The position numbers and the translations under genes are program-made. The notes beneath the pieces were generated by a model. That model saw nothing but the letters and a program-made list of their open reading frames with translations, did not search any database and was not told the origin of the DNA. Below are positions 32,671-37,960 of a stretch of 37,960 nucleotides of DNA, piece after piece. How positions within the stretch are numbered: position 1 is the first letter of the stretch; every line of letters begins with the position of its first letter. Origin of the DNA: a virus; the IMG/VR virus record IMGVR_UViG_3300046836_000218, positions 1-37,960 of that record; one strand, written 5' to 3'.

Positions 32671-32754
32671 GAAACTCCCCTGGGGCAATACCTGATGCCT
32701 GACACAGGATAAACGTCAGACTTTCTGCAGTAACCGATACCGAAGGACTCTTTA

Positions 32755-33075
32755 GTGGCTAGCCATAAAAGGATTGGTGTTCTGCAGGAAGGTAGCGGCG
32801 ATGTCATCTACTATGTGAAGCCCAGACAGGCGTTCGCCATTATGGCTGAAGGCTTTGCTGACGTTCTGGATGATCGAACCATCAGAATAAGGAAAAACTC
32901 AGGCCTGGTCATGGCCAGAAGTTCCGACTCTCTAGCTAACGGCGGTCAGGGATCTGTTTATGAGAGTGCGGCGACAGACAAACATCCGAGATTCTTCGCA
33001 GGTGGTTTATGCCGGACTGAAACCAGGCCCGGAAAGATAGATCGATTCTCAGGAGCGAGGGTAGGTCACCAATAA
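32755..33075 (+). CDS. Hypothetical protein
   Basis: 106-codon ORF with a GTG start. Confidence 0.45.
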   Translation: MASHKRIGVLQEGSGDVIYYVKPRQAFAIMAEGFADVLDDRTIRIRKNSGLVMARSSDSLANGGQGSVYESAATDKHPRFFAGGLCRTETRPGKIDRFSGARVGHQ

Positions 33076-33392
33076 TGGCTTCCAGTCATACGGTTCTAAA
33101 CGTATCCCGAGGATATTTCATTCGCTACAGACATGCCCTAAAGGGAATAGAGAACTGCGCCTTTGCCTGGGTCATCGTAGGAGAAAGCGTGCGGGATCTT
33201 ACGATCGCTGAGCAAATCAGCTCGCGCAATGAGCAAGCCAAACTCCGTGAGCCCCTTGAGTATGCGGAACTGCCCGGAATCATGTTCGTGCCACCAATCG
33301 GCGCAGAGAAGGCAAATACCAACTCGGGAACACTAGTATGGGAAGCCCATAAGTTTGCAAGGGAATTCGCCGCTGAACAGGCAGCTGGCTAG
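33075..33392 (+). CDS. Hypothetical protein
   Basis: 105-codon ORF. TAATG junction with the previous ORF. Confidence 0.5.
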   Translation: MASSHTVLNVSRGYFIRYRHALKGIENCAFAWVIVGESVRDLTIAEQISSRNEQAKLREPLEYAELPGIMFVPPIGAEKANTNSGTLVWEAHKFAREFAAEQAAG

Positions 33393-33592
33393 TGTTTCGG
33401 GCAGGCTTTCACGATGTCACGAGATCCAAACTGGCCGCCGCACCTGTTACACGTATGCAGGACTTTAGGACGCCCACCAGCGTGAGTCTTACGCTTTTCG
33501 TTATCCCAAGCTGCAACAACTGACTTAACGACTTTCCGCTCCCCTTTATCGAGAGAGCGGAGCCATTCGCGGATTTGATCGTGGTCGTTCAT
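33389..33592 (-). CDS. Small basic Zn-ribbon protein (possible regulator)
   Basis: The start MNDHDQIREW at 33592 gives a TAATG junction with the upstream stop. GGRPKVLHTCNRCGGQF...ACPKH. Confidence 0.5.
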   Translation of the reverse strand: MNDHDQIREWLRSLDKGERKVVKSVVAAWDNEKRKTHAGGRPKVLHTCNRCGGQFGSRDIVKACPKH

Positions 33593-33891
33593 TAGCAGGA
33601 CCACATATTGAGTGCTTGGCTGCTTTTCTCCCACATCTCGTCTTCGTGGCGTTTGCTTTCTATCACACCCGCAAACTCGAAGGCATCCTTTGTTTCTTCG
33701 AACCTGCGTCCATAGCTTTTTCCGCTCTCGCAGAAGGCGACAGTGAAGGTATCAACATGGGAGCCGTTGTTTAGATAAGAGTTGGACGAGACAACCGTTC
33801 CGGTGAGGCCGTGGAAGCGCTTGCCGATTCCGTTGGATACTGCCCACTCGTTTAGCTTTACTGCGGTTCCGATCTCGATTGAGTTTGTCAT
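33592..33891 (-). CDS. Hypothetical protein, first gene of an opposite-strand two-gene cassette
   Basis: Strong AAGGAGAG RBS and an AT-rich upstream region. Confidence 0.55.
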   Translation of the reverse strand: MTNSIEIGTAVKLNEWAVSNGIGKRFHGLTGTVVSSNSYLNNGSHVDTFTVAFCESGKSYGRRFEETKDAFEFAGVIESKRHEDEMWEKSSQALNMWSC

Positions 33892-34016
33892 GTTGTCTCT
33901 CCTTGCTTACAAATACAGATTAGAATAACAACAGTAGTTTGTCAATAGTTATTTCAAATTAATTCAGATTATTTGTGGCAGAATTCGCCGCTGAAGAATC
34001 GGCAAGGGTGTGATGC

Positions 34017-34352
34017 GTGGGCGTCTCAGAACAGACACCAATCAGACCGAAGCGAATTCCCCCTAAAAATGGGGTGAAGTTCAAGCCTGGACAGAGCGGG
34101 AATCCCGGCGGCCGTCCCAAGAAAAAGCCTGTAACTGAGATATTCGAGCGGATTATGAACGATCCGAAGTTGGTGGCTCAGTTTGAGCAGTCGATATCGC
34201 GCTCGATCATGAAGGGTGGAATGGCTGGCGTGATGTATGTTCGCGAAGCTGCTGACCGTATTGAAGGCAAGGTTTCACAGCCTGTCGAGGCGAATCTGAC
34301 GATGAACCTGGCAGATGCTATTGCAGCAGCGCGTAAGAGAGCCGGGAAGTAA
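34017..34352 (+). CDS. terS: Small terminase-like protein (DUF5681-type)
   Basis: KFKPGQSGNPGGRPKKKP motif. Located upstream of terL. GTG start. Confidence 0.6.
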   Translation: MGVSEQTPIRPKRIPPKNGVKFKPGQSGNPGGRPKKKPVTEIFERIMNDPKLVAQFEQSISRSIMKGGMAGVMYVREAADRIEGKVSQPVEANLTMNLADAIAAARKRAGK

Positions 34353-34541
34353 AAGACAAAGGCAAAAGCAACAGCGTGCTTTGATACCGAGCATGAGGGT
34401 AGCATTTCGGCTATTTGGTGGTTATCTACATGGTAACCACTATAGGTTGTGGTATGAGCTAGCCGCAGGCACAAGATGTTGGATTAATTCTTGTTTTGGT
34501 GATTCTGGGCATGTCAAGAGAAAAATGAGGCAGCGAGCTAA

Positions 34542-36005
34542 GTGAAGGGTAGCCTGACCGCAGACGAACTGGAACTGGCAGCGGATATAGGAAGCTTCTC
34601 GCTCGATCCTGTCGGCTTCGTCAAGTACGTCTTCCCATGGGAGTCGGAGAACTTCAAGAGCATCGGGCCCAGGGCATGGCAGATGGAATTTCTGGATGTG
34701 ATCAAGGCTCACCTTCAGAACCCCGAGACACGATGCCAGCCGCTGCAGCTCGCCGTCGCATCAGGACATTCGATAGGTAAGTCAGCCCTGATCTCGATGA
34801 TTATGGCGTGGGGAATGAGTACCTGCGAAGACTGCAAGATTGTCGTTACGGCAGGCACAGGGACACAGTTAGCCACGAAGACGGCTCCAGAGGTCCAGAA
34901 GTGGTTCAGGATGGCGATCAATACGCATTGGTGGGACATCAATGCACAGTCCATCAGAGTAAAAGATCCGCTGCACCAGGCAATGTGGCGAGCAGACTTT
35001 ATTACATGGTCAGTGCAGAAGACTGAAGCATTTGCCGGTCTGCATAATCAGGACAAGCGCATCATCATCATCTTCGATGAAGCCAGTTCGATCGATGACA
35101 TGATCTGGCAGGTGACTGAAGGCGCTCTGGTTGACGAGAACACAGAGATTATCTGGATTGCGTTTGGGAATCCTACACGCAATTCGGGAGCGTTCTACCA
35201 GGCAGTGACAGGCGCAAACCGATGGAAGCCGCGGCAGATCGATGCTCGGACGGTAGAGGGAACCAACAAGGTTCTGCTGGATGCGCAGATCAAAGAGTGG
35301 GGCGAAGACTCGGACAGGGCAAGAGTACGAATCCGAGGCGAGTTTCCTCGTGGTGGGTCAACCCAGTTTATCTCTGGCGATCTGGTTGCTGCGGCTCGTA
35401 AGCGGGTTGTCGATGGTCATGAGAAGATGCCGATCATTCTGGGAGTCGATGTAGCCAGGTTCGGCGATGACCGTTCCGTTGTATGCAAGCGGCAGGGACG
35501 TAAGGCTGAGTTCATAGGCAAGTTCTACGGCATTGATACGCAGGTCCTGGGTGGCAAGGTGCAGGAGTTTATCGACGCCGAGCAGCCTGATGCAGTTGTG
35601 ATCGACGGTGACGGCATTGGTGGGGCTGTATACGACTTCCTGAAGGCTCGCGGATACGACCGTAAGACGGTGATGGTTGAGTTCCATGGTGGAGCAACGC
35701 CAGCCGATCCGCATAAGTATCTGAACCGCCGTGCTGAGGTATGGGGCGAGATGAAGGACTGGCTTCAGGGTGCGCAGATACCTGATGAGGCTGAGATTGA
35801 GACAGATCTGACAGGACCGGATTATGGCTATCACCCGACAAAGGGCTGCCTGGTTCTTGAGAAGAAGGACGAGATGAAGGCACGCGGCGTAGACAGCCCT
35901 GATCTGGGCGACTCGCTGGCGATGTCATTTGCAGTCAAGATCGCACCGAAACGCAAGGCACCAGAGCCTGAAGCCTATTACGGCTCAGACGGCTGGATGG
36001 CATAA
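34542..36005 (+). CDS. terL: Terminase large subunit
   Basis: Walker A-like VASGHSIGKSAL, Walker B IIIIFDEAS, and a nuclease-domain GVDVARFGDDRSV. GTG start. Confidence 0.85.
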   Translation: MKGSLTADELELAADIGSFSLDPVGFVKYVFPWESENFKSIGPRAWQMEFLDVIKAHLQNPETRCQPLQLAVASGHSIGKSALISMIMAWGMSTCEDCKIVVTAGTGTQLATKTAPEVQKWFRMAINTHWWDINAQSIRVKDPLHQAMWRADFITWSVQKTEAFAGLHNQDKRIIIIFDEASSIDDMIWQVTEGALVDENTEIIWIAFGNPTRNSGAFYQAVTGANRWKPRQIDARTVEGTNKVLLDAQIKEWGEDSDRARVRIRGEFPRGGSTQFISGDLVAAARKRVVDGHEKMPIILGVDVARFGDDRSVVCKRQGRKAEFIGKFYGIDTQVLGGKVQEFIDAEQPDAVVIDGDGIGGAVYDFLKARGYDRKTVMVEFHGGATPADPHKYLNRRAEVWGEMKDWLQGAQIPDEAEIETDLTGPDYGYHPTKGCLVLEKKDEMKARGVDSPDLGDSLAMSFAVKIAPKRKAPEPEAYYGSDGWMA

Positions 36006-36021
36006 GCAACAAGGAGGAATC

Positions 36022-36513
36022 ATGTCCAAGAAATCAGACGCATACGAAGTAGCCGAAGAAGCAACACCAACCCCGGCAGAAGCTCCCGTCGTAACGCTGC
36101 TCGCAGTACCTGCAGGCGAGCCAACCGAGATTAACTATGTGCAGTGGGATGTCTCGGTGCAGGATACCGACATCGCGATGGCTGTCGCGCCTTGGACGGT
36201 CGTTGTCGGCAGCATCATGGAGATTGGTTCCGAGGTAATGACGGTCAGCGATGTGTCGAATCCTGACAATATCGGCGTAACGCGGTCTGCTCCGGTAGCG
36301 CATCAGCGTGGAGATGAGATCAAGATCTGGGGCACCGTTCCAACGCTTGTGGGCAAGACTGTGGCGTCTGTCAGCGCGAAGTCGATTGCATCGGTGACGG
36401 TTATCGACATTCTGGGCACGGATGGCAAGCACTACCTGATCAAGGTTTCGCATGGGCTGGTCAAGATTGGCGGCACGACTGACTGGCGCACTGGAATCGA
36501 CTACCCGGTATAG
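36022..36513 (+). CDS. Hypothetical protein between terL and portal
   Basis: ATG 36022 with AAGGAGG RBS. 163 aa. Confidence 0.6.
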   Translation: MSKKSDAYEVAEEATPTPAEAPVVTLLAVPAGEPTEINYVQWDVSVQDTDIAMAVAPWTVVVGSIMEIGSEVMTVSDVSNPDNIGVTRSAPVAHQRGDEIKIWGTVPTLVGKTVASVSAKSIASVTVIDILGTDGKHYLIKVSHGLVKIGGTTDWRTGIDYPV

Positions 36514-36528
36514 GGAAAGAGGCAATAA

Positions 36529-36762
36529 ATGGCAGATTTCATTGGATCACTACCGTCTGAAGGCTCAGCGAAGATCGTTACTCCGCTGGTTGGCGCGAAG
36601 ACTATCACGAAGGTAGAAGCGTTTCGTTATGCGTCGGTGACGGCGCTGCGCATCACGTTCTCGGACTTGACGTTCGGCTATGTCAAGGTTGGCGCGAATG
36701 GTGCGCTTGAGCTTGGCGGTGGTCCGCAGACGGGCACTGGCACGGTGGTTGTCTGGCAGTGA
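36529..36762 (+). CDS. Hypothetical protein, paralogous in pattern to the C-terminal half of 36022..36513
   Basis: PLVGAKTITKVEAFRYASVTALRITF...YVKVGANGALELGG compared with TLVGKTVASVSAKSIASVTVIDIL...LIKVSHGLVKIGG. Confidence 0.55.
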   Translation: MADFIGSLPSEGSAKIVTPLVGAKTITKVEAFRYASVTALRITFSDLTFGYVKVGANGALELGGGPQTGTGTVVVWQ

Positions 36763-36878
36763 ATCAGGACGCCGTAGTCGCTGATCAGCTTCTTGACGGC
36801 TATCTGCCCTGGTCTGAGCAGAAGTGGGCGGCTGATCAGAAGTGGCTGAAGTCAATTCTTGATGCGTGGGGATTCTAG
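36759..36878 (+). CDS. Possible 39-aa micro-ORF
   Basis: GTGA overlap with the previous stop. VNQDAVVADQLLDGYLPWSEQKWAADQKWLKSILDAWGF. Confidence 0.35.
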   Translation: MNQDAVVADQLLDGYLPWSEQKWAADQKWLKSILDAWGF

Positions 36879-37000
36879 TGAGGCCAGTCAAAGTGTATTA
36901 CCACCGCGCCGGGAAGAAGGCAAAGATGCTTGCCGCGAGCAATGCAAGGGAACTGGCTGCACTTCTGCGCCTGGGATGGTCGCTGAACCCGAATGCCTGA
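36878..37000 (+). CDS. Possible 40-aa micro-ORF
   Basis: TAGTG junction with the previous ORF. The stop overlaps the portal ATG by 8 nt. VRPVKVYYHRAGKKAKMLAASNARELAALLRLGWSLNPNA. Confidence 0.35.
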   Translation: MRPVKVYYHRAGKKAKMLAASNARELAALLRLGWSLNPNA

Positions 37001-37960
37001 TAACGACGAGACGAAACAGCCAGAAACCGACACTGCCAAGCGCGAAGAGTTCCTTGCGCTGGCGCGCCGTCGCTTCTCCGCTGCGGCAGAGGATGAAAAG
37101 GACCTGCGTGCCAAGTTCTCGTCCGATCTGAAGTTCGCTTCGCCTGATGGTGACGATCAGTGGGACCCGCAAGTCAAGATGCAGCGCGAACAGGCAGGGC
37201 GCCCTGCTATGTCGTTCCCGCGCTGCCATACGTTCGTGCAGCAGGTATCGAATGAAGCGCGAACACGGAAGCCTACCATCAAGTTCTCGCCGCGGCTGGA
37301 TCAGGATAACGATACGGCTGAGTGCCTTGAAGGGCTGGCACGCTATATCCAGTATGACTCCCAGGCACAGGTAGCTTATGAGACGGCTGTGGAGTACAGC
37401 GCAGGCGCATCGTTCGGTTATTACCGCTTTCTGACGGAATACTGCGATGACGACAGCGACGATCTGGAATTGAAGGTCGTTCCTGTTCTCGATCCGCTGC
37501 AGATTTATGGGGTTCTGGTGCCTGCGTGTTTCAATCGCAAGCCGCGATATGCCTTCGTCATCGAGGACATACCGAAGGATGAATATAAGGCAATGTATCC
37601 GGACTCTGAGCTGGCATCGCTGCCATGGGCTGAAGCTGAGAAGCGGTCTGAAGGCTGGGTTGGTTCGGATGCGGTAAGGATTGCGGAGTACTGGTATTGC
37701 GAAGATGAGCCAGTCAAGGGCAAGCGCAGGCCGAAGTGCAAGGTAAAGTTCTGCAAGACGAATGGCTTTGAGATCCTTCCCGACACTGAGACGGAGTGGC
37801 CAGGCTCAACCATCCCGATTATCCCTGTTCTGGGTAAGCAGCTGATTATGGATGGCAAGCCGCGGCTGTTCTCGGTGGTCCGTCCGCAGAAGGCAGCGCA
37901 GCAACTTATCAATTACTCGAAGTCGCGCATTGCTGAGACGCTTTCGACTGCTCCTATCTC
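36993..37960 (+). CDS. Portal protein, N-terminal part (runs off the window end and continues at 1..1274)
   Basis: MPDNDETKQ...DLKFASPDGDDQWDPQVKMQREQAGRPAMSFPRCHTFVQQVSNEAR is typical of P22-type portals. No stop occurs before the window end. Confidence 0.85.
   Translation, partial: MPDNDETKQPETDTAKREEFLALARRRFSAAAEDEKDLRAKFSSDLKFASPDGDDQWDPQVKMQREQAGRPAMSFPRCHTFVQQVSNEARTRKPTIKFSPRLDQDNDTAECLEGLARYIQYDSQAQVAYETAVEYSAGASFGYYRFLTEYCDDDSDDLELKVVPVLDPLQIYGVLVPACFNRKPRYAFVIEDIPKDEYKAMYPDSELASLPWAEAEKRSEGWVGSDAVRIAEYWYCEDEPVKGKRRPKCKVKFCKTNGFEILPDTETEWPGSTIPIIPVLGKQLIMDGKPRLFSVVRPQKAAQQLINYSKSRIAETLSTAPI
37834..37960. repeat. Terminal direct repeat, identical to 1..127
   Basis: See the feature at 1..127. 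Confidence 0.95.

Larger units (their letters stand above)
1..37960. mobile_element. Complete temperate phage genome (P22-like morphogenesis genes, lambdoid-style immunity, recombination and replication modules), circularly permuted in this window
   Basis: Terminase, portal, scaffold, coat, tail, lysis, integrase/attP, repressor/cro and replication genes are all present. The window ends are identical over 127 bp. Confidence 0.9.

Noticed and set aside
34315-34545. 76-codon basic ORF bridging terS and terL
   Set aside because: It has no RBS and an Arg/Lys/Gln-rich low-complexity N-terminus, and it overlaps the terS 3' end. It is mentioned only because its stop overlaps the terL GTG. Kept as part of the spacer finding rather than called as a gene.
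36859-37374. ORFs 36859..37131 and 37147..37374 (+) and 36875..37229 (-) from the track
   Set aside because: They are off-frame relative to the portal reading frame that starts at 36993, which has strong portal-like sequence, and relative to the coupled micro-ORFs. Treated as shadow ORFs.

Overview
The window is one complete temperate phage genome of about 37.8 kb. Its two ends are an exact 127-bp direct repeat (1..127 = 37834..37960), so the contig is circular or circularly permuted. The portal gene is split across the junction (36993..37960 continues in frame into 1..1274).

Module map:
- Late operon, + strand: terS-like 34017, terL 34542, small ORFs, portal, a tRNA-like gene, scaffold 1767, P22-type coat 2826, T7 gp11-like adaptor 4458, P22 gp10-like tail hub 5181, tail fibre 6618, GNAT 8114, three ejection-type proteins 8994..13503, two further fibre/spike-like ORFs 13868..17545, and lysis genes 19006..19949.
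- attP: a 3' fragment of tRNA-Arg(UCG) at about 20170..20220, flanked by short direct repeats.
- Leftward early operon, - strand: T5orf172-like protein, int, xis, small Zn-ribbon proteins, YqaJ exonuclease, RecT.
- Immunity region: a P_L/O_L-like site, a small ribbon-helix-helix (RHH) locus, a CI-like repressor, an O_R-like site and cro.
- Rightward early operon: a GIY-YIG-HTH fusion, a DUF1376 replication protein with embedded iterons, C5-MTase, RusA, SSB and small ORFs.

The + strand late operon is interrupted by AT-richer cassettes on the opposite strand: 4051..4320, 13439..13768, a LAGLIDADG endonuclease at 17523..18140, and a 35-codon acidic micro-ORF at 18863..18970 that was not GC-checked. 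A further opposite-strand pair at 33389..33891 sits just upstream of terS.

Observations I rate highest:
- A 237-281 codon alternative-frame ORF with its own GGAGG-ATG, nested in the C5-methyltransferase gene.
- A GIY-YIG nuclease fused to a paralogue of the phage's own Cro.
- A CI-like repressor whose S24 catalytic Ser is replaced by Ala, next to an immI-like RHH locus.
- Nine phased 11-bp iterons inside the DUF1376 gene.
- Two tail-spike-like ORFs that start with Sec-type signal peptides, one of them carrying an SGNH esterase.
- A tRNA-derived gene with an aberrant anticodon arm.

All family assignments come from motif recognition by eye. No database search was run.
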